The notes under the pieces were generated by a model, which worked only from the letters and a program-made list of their open reading frames with translations, was not told the origin of the DNA and did no database searches. Positions 7,898 through 17,869 of a DNA stretch of 64,000 nt are shown here, one piece after another. The DNA is from an uncultured virus (IMG/VR IMGVR_UViG_3300032304_000757). Its lineage: Duplodnaviria; Heunggongvirae; Uroviricota; Caudoviricetes. Within the stretch, counting starts at the first letter, position 1, and each line of letters begins with the position of its first letter. The stretch lies in IMG/VR virus record IMGVR_UViG_3300032304_000757; one strand, given 5' to 3'. Position numbers and translations under genes: made by a program.

Positions 7898-8691
7898 TCA
7901 AAACTTTTTATTTCATCTAGATAATCTTTGTCCCAGTACTGATAATAATCAGTTTTTTCTAAGGCAATTCTAGATGTGTTTAGTTCTTGTTTAGTTTGAA
8001 CAATGATACACGGAAATACTCCGTTTCCAGTTTCATGACCTTTGATATAATTTGGCTTATGCGGATGATCAGGTAAAAACACAAAGTTAGGATTAAGGCT
8101 TTTAAGTGTTCTACATAACTCTTCTAGTTCGTCGTAGCTGCTACGAACTCCGTTTTCTATATAAACAGTGATTTGATTATCAATTCCTAAAAATTCTTCC
8201 AGGCATAATTTTTCTACAGATATTACTCTAGGCATCTTGGCAAACGGACAAATTCTGTTACCGCCAAGGTCTGAATGTTTTTTAGTTATTCTCGATACCC
8301 AGCGTTCTACTACCCGAGTGGGCGAATCTTCAATATCTACAAATCCCTGTTCTCTGTCTAAAAATTTGTAGTCTACTGTTATAGGTTGAAAAATAGACAG
8401 TGATTTAAACACTATGTCTATCTCTAATTCTGAACAGGTATAAACATCTAGTTGAAGTGTTGCTGGTTCGGTTTCATCCCAAGTATGTAAGACAATATGA
8501 CTAGTTTCAATAATAGCAAATGCTGTGATCCCCTGATTGCCTTCTTTGTCACAGTACACAGATACTGGCCCGTGTAGTATTTTCATCTTAATCACTTCTA
8601 CTAAATTTAAAATCCATTTTGATATTTGCTCAGTATCTGATATAGGATTGGAAATTGTTGCTCTTACTAAAAGGTGTTTATGAGGAATCAT
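7894..8691 (-). CDS. pyruvoyl S-adenosylmethionine decarboxylase-family domain fused to a C-terminal domain
   Basis: IIETSHIVLHTW...LQLDVYTC; extra domain of about 140 aa with WV...ICPFA. Confidence 0.85.
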   Translation of the reverse strand: MIPHKHLLVRATISNPISDTEQISKWILNLVEVIKMKILHGPVSVYCDKEGNQGITAFAIIETSHIVLHTWDETEPATLQLDVYTCSELEIDIVFKSLSIFQPITVDYKFLDREQGFVDIEDSPTRVVERWVSRITKKHSDLGGNRICPFAKMPRVISVEKLCLEEFLGIDNQITVYIENGVRSSYDELEELCRTLKSLNPNFVFLPDHPHKPNYIKGHETGNGVFPCIIVQTKQELNTSRIALEKTDYYQYWDKDYLDEIKSFD

Positions 8692-8733
8692 ACAGTACTT
8701 ATCGCTGGTTTAAAGCACACGATAAATATTAAC

Positions 8734-9345
8734 ATGAGAGTAATAGCATTTGGTTGTAGTTATACTTATGGTCATGGGTTGCCAGACTGTCTTTCCGACG
8801 ATATGGTCACTCAAGGTCCTATACCTAGTAAATTAGCATACCCTTCAATTTTAGCGAACCAATTAAACTGCGACTATATAAATCTAGGAAAATCTGGAAA
8901 CAGTAACAAAGAAATTTGGTATGATGTTATGAACTTTGATTTCCAACCAGGTGACATTGCTGTTATTGCTTGGACCTATTTTAGTCGATTCTGTATTATT
9001 AAACCCGAATCTATAAGAAGAATTAACCCTTGGAAGAAAGAAGAAAAACTATATTACATGAATTACAGTAACAGGCACGATATGATATTAGATTTTTATG
9101 TTCGATTAAATCATGTAAATTTATATCTTGACAGCAACAATATAAAAAATTACAATTATGTAATAGACGAACTAGGAACGGTGGTGCCAAAATGGAACAA
9201 ATCTACTATACTAGGTCAGTTTGAAATGGTAGACAAAGCCAATGATAACTGTCATCCCGGAATGTTTTCTCATAATACATTTGCCAACAAAATTTATAAT
9301 GAAGTTATAAAATCATTTCCTGAGAAACATTTAAAACAATCTTGA
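8734..9345 (+). CDS. SGNH/GDSL-like protein
   Basis: FGCSYTYG, NLG.SG.SN, DNCHPG. Confidence 0.75.
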   Translation: MRVIAFGCSYTYGHGLPDCLSDDMVTQGPIPSKLAYPSILANQLNCDYINLGKSGNSNKEIWYDVMNFDFQPGDIAVIAWTYFSRFCIIKPESIRRINPWKKEEKLYYMNYSNRHDMILDFYVRLNHVNLYLDSNNIKNYNYVIDELGTVVPKWNKSTILGQFEMVDKANDNCHPGMFSHNTFANKIYNEVIKSFPEKHLKQS

Positions 9346-9551
9346 AACTCATCGTCTCGGATAATCCAATAACGAATTGCTTCTTGCTCGCTCTTATCTA
9401 AATTTAAAAAATTATTTCTAAAGCATATAGATTGCTGATGAATAGCTTCTTGCTCGTTTGAACGATTCCAAAAATCTTTTGTCTGTTGATTAGATAGCTC
9501 GTTAAGAGAATCTAATATATACCATACTTGCTCTAGAGAAATGTTATTCAT
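9294..9551 (-). CDS. hypothetical protein
   Basis: Coupled to the upstream radical SAM gene. Confidence 0.6.
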   Translation of the reverse strand: MNNISLEQVWYILDSLNELSNQQTKDFWNRSNEQEAIHQQSICFRNNFLNLDKSEQEAIRYWIIRDDEFQDCFKCFSGNDFITSL

Positions 9552-10555
9552 TATAGTATAGGAACAATTTTAATTTTTTTATCAGTGCCTACAAAATTAT
9601 GTCTGGTATAATTAACTGGACAAAACTTACATTGAGATATTGGTTGATCAAGATTACTGATAAAATTTGAAATTACAAATTCAGTATCTGACCCGCTCAT
9701 CGGAACATAGGGTGTTTTGTCATCAATGTTTAAATTAAATTGATTTACAAATTCAGGAAGGACACTGACTAACGGACACTTATATAACTTTCCTTTGTTT
9801 AGCTGGTGACAGGTTTTATAATTACAATTTTTGTGTGCTAGTTCCGGATCGCTATTGTATTTCATTGTTAGTTGCTGCTCATGTAATTTTACAGCACTCG
9901 AAGTAAAAGTTTGAGACCAGTCTAATTTAACTTCAACACCGTTCTTATCTATAATCATTCTAGGAACAGTTCTTAAGTGTAGTTGTTTATTTTGTCTGTG
10001 TGTTTCATTGAACTGTTTTTTAATAGCATTGGGCAAATTATTAAACTGTTCAATTGTATCACACTCCGGCCACGAACTGTCTTTTACAGTATCATAGGTC
10101 ACTTTCCAATTATCAGTTGCGTCTTTATCTGGTTGGAAATCAGCTACAATATCGTCTAGAAAATTCTTAGAAAACTCTAATAAAGAATTATAAATTTTTA
10201 TATCATGACAGGTCAACCATAGGGTGCCTTTGTTTTTAGATAAAACCTGATAAATGGTATCATTCAACTTGCCAAGTTGCGAGCCGTTGCTGGAAATTTG
10301 TAACTTGGCATTTGGCCATAACTCTGATATCCCAACTACCCATTTTTCAAAATCTGGATTTAACGTTGGTTCTCCTCCTATAATTTGAACAGTCCCTATA
10401 TCGATTTTTTGACTTAGGGCAGAGTAATCTTCTTTATACTCGTCCCATAATTGATGGCCTTTAAACGTAAAATTATTCAAACTTTGGCAATGAGTGCAAC
10501 TATAGTTACAAACGTTAGTGATATAGATTTCTACATAATCTAATTTAGGCTTCAT
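9551..10555 (-). CDS. radical SAM protein with C-terminal Cys motif
   Basis: CNYSCTHC, GGEP, C..KTC...KCP...CKFC. Confidence 0.9.
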   Translation of the reverse strand: MKPKLDYVEIYITNVCNYSCTHCQSLNNFTFKGHQLWDEYKEDYSALSQKIDIGTVQIIGGEPTLNPDFEKWVVGISELWPNAKLQISSNGSQLGKLNDTIYQVLSKNKGTLWLTCHDIKIYNSLLEFSKNFLDDIVADFQPDKDATDNWKVTYDTVKDSSWPECDTIEQFNNLPNAIKKQFNETHRQNKQLHLRTVPRMIIDKNGVEVKLDWSQTFTSSAVKLHEQQLTMKYNSDPELAHKNCNYKTCHQLNKGKLYKCPLVSVLPEFVNQFNLNIDDKTPYVPMSGSDTEFVISNFISNLDQPISQCKFCPVNYTRHNFVGTDKKIKIVPIL

Positions 10556-11164
10556 TTAATACACTGTATATTTAAAGAAGTCCACGTCTCTTTCGTGAAC
10601 TTTTGCTATGGCGCGGATGCTAGCATCATTAAAATATTTTTTAAATTCCCAATGGTCGTATCCGGAAAGATCAGGCAACGGCTCAGCACACTCTAAGAAT
10701 TCTTGTACGGGTTTAAATCCTGTCTCGAGTTCTTCTGCTTTAATAATAAAATCTACCCAATTGCCGTCGTAGTTAAGAAAATCTATTTGATTTGTAGATT
10801 TATTAAACCATCTAGGAAATTCAAAAGGTATATCCGGATTACAGTAATCCGCCACCCATTGATTAATGGGTTTTACATCTAATAACGTTTTGCCGTTCCA
10901 ATCTAGCCAATAGCCTTCTGTGCTTACCTTTCGATACAAACTATAAACACGTTGCCACGGATTACGGACAACACTCATAGTTTTGCCTGTAGATATTCTC
11001 TCACGCACCATTTGTAAGCTAGGATGATCTATCATCCATTCTTCATTGTCGACTAGATCAAAATTAGTCTTTAACCAAGAACTAATAATTTTCTTCATAG
11101 CCATGCCTGTGCGAGGTATGTGTATATAACTAAGTTCTGGGTTAGGAATATAAAAAGTCCCCAT
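10556..11164 (-). CDS. sulfotransferase family protein
   Basis: YIHIPRTG and VRNPWQRVYSLY (PAPS-binding-like). Confidence 0.8.
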   Translation of the reverse strand: MGTFYIPNPELSYIHIPRTGMAMKKIISSWLKTNFDLVDNEEWMIDHPSLQMVRERISTGKTMSVVRNPWQRVYSLYRKVSTEGYWLDWNGKTLLDVKPINQWVADYCNPDIPFEFPRWFNKSTNQIDFLNYDGNWVDFIIKAEELETGFKPVQEFLECAEPLPDLSGYDHWEFKKYFNDASIRAIAKVHERDVDFFKYTVY

Positions 11165-11934
11165 TAGTTTATTTTAATTAATTTAATAATCCATCCCATT
11201 GGGTCTAATTCCCACCACTTTTCTCCAGAATACCATCTGCCAGGATTCGCATGATGATTGTTGTGCCAGCCTTCGCCAAGTGCTAAAATTGCTGCTATCC
11301 AACTGTTGGTGCTGCGATCAGTAGTTTCAAAATTTCTATATCCGTGTTTATGTCCTAACACATTAACTAGACCAATAACCTGTACTGTAAGAGTCGCAGG
11401 CAATGCGTAAAGGAACAACCACAATAACGGATTGATTGCTAACAGAATTAAACTAGTTACAAATATAATTTTAAAATAATGATTAAAGATAAACTTGTGT
11501 AACGGGCTGCGAATCAAATCTTTTACATATTTTAATGAAATAGCTTCAACTTGCCAGTCATAGCCTATCCATACTTTGAACGCTGCCCAGTAATTAAATT
11601 TGCCATCAACATATGGGGAGTGCGGATCTCCCGGTTTATCAGAGGTTACATGATGCATTCTGTGTAGACCTACCCAGGCAATCGTAGGACCAATTGTAGA
11701 ATACACTGTAAGCCATACTAATATATTTTCTAGCCACGGCCACGTTTTAAAACTTCGATGTGTCAGCATACGATGTAAGGTTATGATAGAACTAATATGT
11801 CCGATGACTAACCAAGATCCCAAAGCAATCCATAACCAATAAAATTCTCCCGTGTGAAAAACGTAGCCTACGGCGAAGATGCTGGCAATAAAGTTTAGTA
11901 ATTGTAGTAGTCTTACCTTAAGATTATAAGTCAT
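11164..11934 (-). CDS. membrane fatty-acid desaturase (delta-9 type)
   Basis: His boxes HRMLTH, HRMHH and GEGWHNNHH; hydrophobic segments. Confidence 0.93.
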   Translation of the reverse strand: MTYNLKVRLLQLLNFIASIFAVGYVFHTGEFYWLWIALGSWLVIGHISSIITLHRMLTHRSFKTWPWLENILVWLTVYSTIGPTIAWVGLHRMHHVTSDKPGDPHSPYVDGKFNYWAAFKVWIGYDWQVEAISLKYVKDLIRSPLHKFIFNHYFKIIFVTSLILLAINPLLWLFLYALPATLTVQVIGLVNVLGHKHGYRNFETTDRSTNSWIAAILALGEGWHNNHHANPGRWYSGEKWWELDPMGWIIKLIKIN

Positions 11935-11977
11935 TTAATATTTTCCGTTGAAGCAATGTATTTACGTAAATAAAAAC

Positions 11978-12643
11978 ATGTCAAAAACAAATACGACCAT
12001 AGGATTTTTTGGAGATAGTTTCTGTAGTGACATTTCAAACGACCATAGCATTAATAATAATTACAGTACCTACTTAACTAAGGTATCAAATCACTTTAAC
12101 GCAACCATTACCAATACCGGAGTGGGGGGTAGTAGCGTATGGGATTTAATTCTAATTCAATTTAAACAACAACTTGAAAAAGGATTGCCCGATATCTGCG
12201 TATTTGTTTGGACTGATATGCAGAGACTGTTTGATCGAAAATATCGTAATATAAATTTTAGAACTAGCGAGTATACATCTACTCCCGAACATGACGCTGC
12301 TAAACAATATTTTTATCATTTATACGACGATGAAAAACACAGATTAGAATACATGTCATTACTCTATTACTTCGATACTGTTATTCTACCAAATCACCCA
12401 AATTCTAAATTTATTCATTTATGGAGTTTCGGTGAAGAATTAGATCTTCAAACAAACAAAAGAGGATATTTATATAGTTGGAAATCTGGAATAGAAATCA
12501 AACCAGCATTAGAATTATTTTCGATAGACGACGGAGAAGAACTACCTAGTCTTGACTCTCGTGCTAATCATATAGCAGGCGAGGAAAAAAATCAACAAGT
12601 GGCCAACAAAATAATTAGTGCTGTTAAGTGGCAGACAAATTAA
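11978..12643 (+). CDS. SGNH-like protein
   Basis: FFGDSF, G.GGSS, C-terminal NH. Confidence 0.65.
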   Translation: MSKTNTTIGFFGDSFCSDISNDHSINNNYSTYLTKVSNHFNATITNTGVGGSSVWDLILIQFKQQLEKGLPDICVFVWTDMQRLFDRKYRNINFRTSEYTSTPEHDAAKQYFYHLYDDEKHRLEYMSLLYYFDTVILPNHPNSKFIHLWSFGEELDLQTNKRGYLYSWKSGIEIKPALELFSIDDGEELPSLDSRANHIAGEEKNQQVANKIISAVKWQTN

Positions 12644-13251
12644 TTACCTTCAGGCAACGCAGTCCATTCAGTATTATCAATAATCGCAGGATTCCATTCT
12701 GTAAATGCCCCTACTTTAGTTTCGCAATACACAAAGTTCTGCCAACACTTTTGTACAGACGCATTACAGGTTTGAACATATCCTGTGCCTAATGTCCATT
12801 TATTGTTGCTGGCGATTTCCATATGCTTTACCCAAGTGTCCCACCAACGCTTACCGCCTCTGGGCCTGTTCTGCATAGTGATCAAATATACATCGTAATT
12901 GTTTACTGCCTCTAAAGCATCAATTAAGCTACAAGTAACTCTAAAACCATCTGTCATATCAGTGTGCTTCATTCGGAACTCTGGAAATGTGTATAAGCGA
13001 TTAATCTGTTTAGCTACATTAGTTGGGTATCTTCCATCATTGAACACTCCGCCCATCACCATCGGCTTGCCTGTAGACTTCTGATAGACTACTCCATAAC
13101 CTGTATGCTGTTCTACTATAAGATTTTCTTTGGTGTAGTTTTTACGCAACCAATTATCCTCTTGTAAGCAAATTTCTCGTACACGTTCAAACTCCAAATT
13201 AGATTGGTAGTATATTTCAATTTCAGTATCGGTTAAGTCGTATCTATTCAT
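12640..13251 (-). CDS. hypothetical protein, possible GNAT-fold acyltransferase
   Basis: INRLYTFPEFR resembles GNAT motif A. Confidence 0.5.
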   Translation of the reverse strand: MNRYDLTDTEIEIYYQSNLEFERVREICLQEDNWLRKNYTKENLIVEQHTGYGVVYQKSTGKPMVMGGVFNDGRYPTNVAKQINRLYTFPEFRMKHTDMTDGFRVTCSLIDALEAVNNYDVYLITMQNRPRGGKRWWDTWVKHMEIASNNKWTLGTGYVQTCNASVQKCWQNFVYCETKVGAFTEWNPAIIDNTEWTALPEGN

Positions 13252-13296
13252 AGCTGAAATTTATTTAATTAAATATAGGGCGGGGAATACGGATTT

Positions 13297-14877
13297 ATGA
13301 ATCTTAGAAAAATTGTAATTATTGGTGGCGGAACAGCAGGTTGGATGACTGCGGCATACCTAGCCAAATATAGAGGTGGTGTAAATATCACAGTAATTGA
13401 ATCAGACAAAATTCAAAAAATTGGTGTAGGCGAAAGCGTTACACCGCACGTGGCTAGTTTCTTTGATGAGCTTGGAATTCCTGTACATGACTGGATGTTA
13501 AAAACCGGAGCCGTATACAAATATGCTAATAAGTTTGTAAACTGGAAAACAGGCAACGGCGAATCAGAATATTTTAGTTTTAACTATACAATACCAGAAA
13601 GTAATTTTTATAAAGACATAAGTGTAAACAGAACACAAACTGATTTCAGTAATAATGTTGTAGACGCACGAAGCATAGACTACCTATGTCATCTATGCCA
13701 AACTGAGGGGTATGAAAGATTTGACAAGTACTTCAATCCTCAATTTCATTACATGGAAAAAAATGTTGCTCCGTTCAAGGATGGAGAACATTTACTCAAT
13801 CAGCCATTCAGCTTTAGTCAACATATCAACGCAGAATTAGCATCTGAATACCTATGTAACGAGGTTGCCAAGCCACAAGGTGTCACACAGATTATTGCTA
13901 AAGTCTGTCAGATTAACTCAGAAAATGATTATATTAACAGTATTGTTTTAGACAACGGCGATGTTATTACAGCAGATTTGTTTATTGACTGTTCTGGATT
14001 TCACAAAGCATTAATAAAACATTTAGAGTGGCCTGAAAAAATCTACCAACATCATCCAATAGATAGAGCATGGGTTTGTCAAACATTATACAACAATCAA
14101 GAAGACGAGATGGTTAACTATACACAAAGTATTGCTGAGCCGTACGGATGGAGATTTAAAATTGGACTATATCATCGCATGGGTAATGGCTACTGTTTCA
14201 ATTCTAAATATGTAAGCGATGAAGATGCTAGAGAATATTTTATTAGTCAAATTGATAACCGTAAAGCAGAACCAAGACTGATCAAATGGAAGCCTACACG
14301 CCTAACAAAGTTTGGTTCAGGGAACGTTGCTGCCGTTGGACTAACTTGTGGGTTCGTTGAACCATTAGAAGCAAATGCTCTTTACACTATTGTTACAAGC
14401 ATTAGAAGATTAAACAAGGTGTTAGATAACGATGTGTTAGATTTTACAAGCTACAACGAAAAGATGGGTCACACTATTGATGACATTGCTGATTTTATTT
14501 TAGTACACTACACATTATCTTCAAGGAATGACACTGACTTTTGGAAAGATATGCAACAGTTAGGTAAAGATTTAAATCACAGAGACCTAGTACTAAACAA
14601 AATCTATCAACCTGAGAATACAATGAAATCTGCGATAGAAGGATACACAATGTTTCCTGATTATATGTGGGCACAACTAGCAGTGTCTTGGGGTATTAAA
14701 GTTGATCAAAAATCATTAAACTCAACATCCTTAGCTTTGGCAAAATTACACTTTAACACTAGTGAACAAAAACACAATTTAATTTCAGACCATGTACAAA
14801 CAAACTATCAATGGCATAAAGAAACTGTGTTCAACGGATTAAACTCCGGTGATTGGACACAACAGTTTCTTAAGTAA
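13297..14877 (+). CDS. flavin-dependent tryptophan-halogenase-family protein
   Basis: GGGTAGW, IGVGES, YK, FIDCSGF, FVEPLEA. Confidence 0.9.
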   Translation: MNLRKIVIIGGGTAGWMTAAYLAKYRGGVNITVIESDKIQKIGVGESVTPHVASFFDELGIPVHDWMLKTGAVYKYANKFVNWKTGNGESEYFSFNYTIPESNFYKDISVNRTQTDFSNNVVDARSIDYLCHLCQTEGYERFDKYFNPQFHYMEKNVAPFKDGEHLLNQPFSFSQHINAELASEYLCNEVAKPQGVTQIIAKVCQINSENDYINSIVLDNGDVITADLFIDCSGFHKALIKHLEWPEKIYQHHPIDRAWVCQTLYNNQEDEMVNYTQSIAEPYGWRFKIGLYHRMGNGYCFNSKYVSDEDAREYFISQIDNRKAEPRLIKWKPTRLTKFGSGNVAAVGLTCGFVEPLEANALYTIVTSIRRLNKVLDNDVLDFTSYNEKMGHTIDDIADFILVHYTLSSRNDTDFWKDMQQLGKDLNHRDLVLNKIYQPENTMKSAIEGYTMFPDYMWAQLAVSWGIKVDQKSLNSTSLALAKLHFNTSEQKHNLISDHVQTNYQWHKETVFNGLNSGDWTQQFLK

Positions 14878-14883
14878 TTAAGT

Positions 14884-15498
14884 ATGAATCTTTTCACTAA
14901 ACTAGCGTTTACCGTTGACATTCAAGAATTACAAAAGTATTATACTCTTTTAAAAACAGAATACGCCCACTTAAATTGGAGTTGGGATCGCTGTGGTGAT
15001 ACTGTTGTAAAACAGTGGCACGATGCTGCCTATTCGGATCCTGCTAATTTGTTAACCAACGGTTGGGCAATTCAAAGCAATTTGAAAGATATTAGTCTGC
15101 CGTGTCCGCCGTGGAATATTAGCACACTAGAAACTGTAGAATATAGAAATACAGAACTAGCATTTGGTATTATAGAAAGACTTCAAACAGCAATACCATA
15201 CGGGTATCGATGGTCTGTGAGTGTTCAACCGCCCGGAGGTAAAGTTAGCCTTCACAGCGATCAAGAAGATGAGTACACTGTATGGATTCCTATACAAACA
15301 GACGGAGTCGCTATTACATTTGTCACCGATGAAAAGAATACAGGGTACTGCTTAGAAAGTGACGGAAGTTCGTACTTGCTAGATACCACTGTTCCGCACT
15401 ATACTTACAATAGTTCTAGACAAGATCGTGTTACAATTATCTTTAGATTAAATCAAAAACATGTTAACGATCTGTTATCAACACACGGAGTTATATGA
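14884..15498 (+). CDS. Asp/Asn beta-hydroxylase-like Fe(II)/2OG oxygenase
   Basis: LHSD...DTTVPH..N...R. Confidence 0.75.
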   Translation: MNLFTKLAFTVDIQELQKYYTLLKTEYAHLNWSWDRCGDTVVKQWHDAAYSDPANLLTNGWAIQSNLKDISLPCPPWNISTLETVEYRNTELAFGIIERLQTAIPYGYRWSVSVQPPGGKVSLHSDQEDEYTVWIPIQTDGVAITFVTDEKNTGYCLESDGSSYLLDTTVPHYTYNSSRQDRVTIIFRLNQKHVNDLLSTHGVI

Positions 15499-16142
15499 AT
15501 CTAGCATACCTACCGATTGATATACCAATGCCTATTTTAGATGAACAGAAAATATTAGATTGGTTTAAAAATCATAAATTGCTAGATACCGACTATTGGG
15601 AATATCAACAAGGTCGGCACATTTGGGCTATGACATCAACTTGTAAAGAGCCTAAAGACTGGCGCAGGTATGATTCTAGTATGTGGGAAAATCGAAGAGC
15701 CTACGGTGAAAATCAAGGAGTATTATTTCATCCCGGATTTGAAGAAACGTTTCCAGAACTTGCTAATTGTATTCGACAACTACCTTTTAAACAACTTACG
15801 GTCAGCGGCATGTTATATCAAATGAACGAAATTCCTGCTCACCAAGATACTGCTGATACACACTGCCCTACTGAACCAAGACGATACACAATCTATCTAA
15901 CTAATCCAACACACAACACCTTTTATGTTTCTAAAACTAGCACTAGCGAAAAGGTTCTAATTAATATTGATCCTAATTATTCTTGTTTTGTTTTTAATAA
16001 TTCTGATGTATGGCATGGCGCATTAAAAAATGACAGACCAAAAATAATTTTAACCACAGCTGGAATCATTGATCATGAAAAGCATGAAGCATTAATAGCA
16101 AGAAGCCTGGCAAAATTTAAAAACCAAGCAGTGTACTTGTAA
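15495..16142 (+). CDS. putative Fe(II)/2OG oxygenase
   Basis: AHQD...FNN..WHGA. Confidence 0.7.
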   Translation: MNLAYLPIDIPMPILDEQKILDWFKNHKLLDTDYWEYQQGRHIWAMTSTCKEPKDWRRYDSSMWENRRAYGENQGVLFHPGFEETFPELANCIRQLPFKQLTVSGMLYQMNEIPAHQDTADTHCPTEPRRYTIYLTNPTHNTFYVSKTSTSEKVLINIDPNYSCFVFNNSDVWHGALKNDRPKIILTTAGIIDHEKHEALIARSLAKFKNQAVYL

Positions 16143-16166
16143 TTACGGGGTTCTATAAATACCGTT

Positions 16167-16664
16167 ATGAGATACATAGGTAATTACAAAAGCTGGATTC
16201 AACCAAATTGGATTGATCAATTATTGTCTGACACAGGCACTGCTAGACCCTGCCAAGGTAAAACTCCAGATAGTCCAGAAGAACAGTTAGAATATGCCAA
16301 GGCTCGACAAGCCGGATACAAAGATTCAGATACTTACTTTTGGATGTTTGATAAAAACACATTCGAGTTACCAACCCCTCCATTTATTAGCGGCAATTAT
16401 CACTGGTGGATAACCAAAATGCTACCAGGAAATTTTATGCCTATGCATGTTGATCCCCATGCTCTATACGAAAAAAACAGTAATAGATATTGGATGCCGT
16501 TACAAGACTGGCAACCTGGTCATATCTTCATGTATGAAGATCAAGTAATTACAAATTATGTTGCCGGTGATGTTTATTCCTACAGCAACTCGGCAGCATT
16601 ACACGGTGCTGCGAATATAGGACACACTCCTCGATTAGTTTTACAGGTAAGCACTTATGACTAA
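16167..16664 (+). CDS. putative Fe(II)/2OG oxygenase
   Basis: MHVD...LHGAANIG..PR. Confidence 0.75.
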   Translation: MRYIGNYKSWIQPNWIDQLLSDTGTARPCQGKTPDSPEEQLEYAKARQAGYKDSDTYFWMFDKNTFELPTPPFISGNYHWWITKMLPGNFMPMHVDPHALYEKNSNRYWMPLQDWQPGHIFMYEDQVITNYVAGDVYSYSNSAALHGAANIGHTPRLVLQVSTYD

Positions 16665-17853
16665 TATCACTTTTAGCGGAATTAGTCAATTTACAGAAGC
16701 CGCTATCAATTTATTACACAACGAAATAGACTCCGTGAATGGTAACATACTATTGCCTACTGTAAGCCTATGCCATCATTGTCATAGTCATGTACCTGCG
16801 TGGCGATATCATACGGACGGAAAAGTGTATATAGTCAAGCACTGTAAATTACACGGTGCTAGTCATCATATGATTGAAAGTGACTACGAGTTTTATTCTA
16901 ACATATATTACACCCAAGATAATACCCAGTACAATTTTAACGGCGGAGTATTAATTGAAGTAACTGACCGATGTAACTTAACCTGTCCTCACTGCTATCA
17001 CGAACCCGATAATAGTCTAACAGATCAACCTATCGAAACAATATTAGAACAGATTAAAAACTGGCCATTGGGACAAGATAAAATTCATAGAGTTATATTA
17101 AGTGGTGCTGAACCTACGTTAAGAAAAGATTTTAACGAGTTAGTAAGCGAAATTAAAAAATTAGATCCCAATATCACAGTGTCAGTAATGACCAACGGTA
17201 TTTGTTTTTCTAATTTAGACTATGTAAGACAAGCAAAAGCCAGCGGGTTAAGCAGTGTTAATATCGGATTGAATCATCCTAGTTATAACGATCACGCAGC
17301 TATTAGAAAAAAACAATTAGCCGCAATTAATAATATTCATTTAGAAGGGCTAGGTATTAGTTATATAAGTTACACGATGATGTCGTTGGATGAAGTTGAT
17401 TTTATAATGAAGGAAATTTGTAGCAACGAATGGTTGAGTAAGAATTTTAGAATACGCTATGGCAGTGATATTGGTCGTAATCCGGGACAAGAAAGAAAAT
17501 TTGTTAGCGAGATATACAAGTCTATCGAACAATGGTGTGAGGATAATAACAAATCTTTTGATAGGATAGTCGAAGCAGACAATAATATCTATCATGTTAT
17601 GGCGAAGGTTGAGGACAAAGACATACGTATTATTCAGTGGTGTGACGAAACAGATATAGATATGGAAGAGCTACGATCTGGTCCTTGGTGTGATTTTGTG
17701 CCTGATGGTATAACAAATTTTTTACATCAGATCATCAGACGAGATGCTTGGAAAAATCAGGGAGCTATGTTGCCAGATAGACCTCCCATGCGATATCAAT
17801 TTAATAGAAATCCAGATAACGGTCCTCTAGATCTTTTGAATCTCTATGAATAA
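16657..17853 (+). CDS. radical SAM protein with N-terminal Cys/His metal-binding domain
   Basis: SLCHHC...KHCKLHG, then CNLTCPHC and SGAEPT. Confidence 0.9.
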   Translation: MTNITFSGISQFTEAAINLLHNEIDSVNGNILLPTVSLCHHCHSHVPAWRYHTDGKVYIVKHCKLHGASHHMIESDYEFYSNIYYTQDNTQYNFNGGVLIEVTDRCNLTCPHCYHEPDNSLTDQPIETILEQIKNWPLGQDKIHRVILSGAEPTLRKDFNELVSEIKKLDPNITVSVMTNGICFSNLDYVRQAKASGLSSVNIGLNHPSYNDHAAIRKKQLAAINNIHLEGLGISYISYTMMSLDEVDFIMKEICSNEWLSKNFRIRYGSDIGRNPGQERKFVSEIYKSIEQWCEDNNKSFDRIVEADNNIYHVMAKVEDKDIRIIQWCDETDIDMEELRSGPWCDFVPDGITNFLHQIIRRDAWKNQGAMLPDRPPMRYQFNRNPDNGPLDLLNLYE

Positions 17854-17869
17854 TTATAAAATTTATAGA

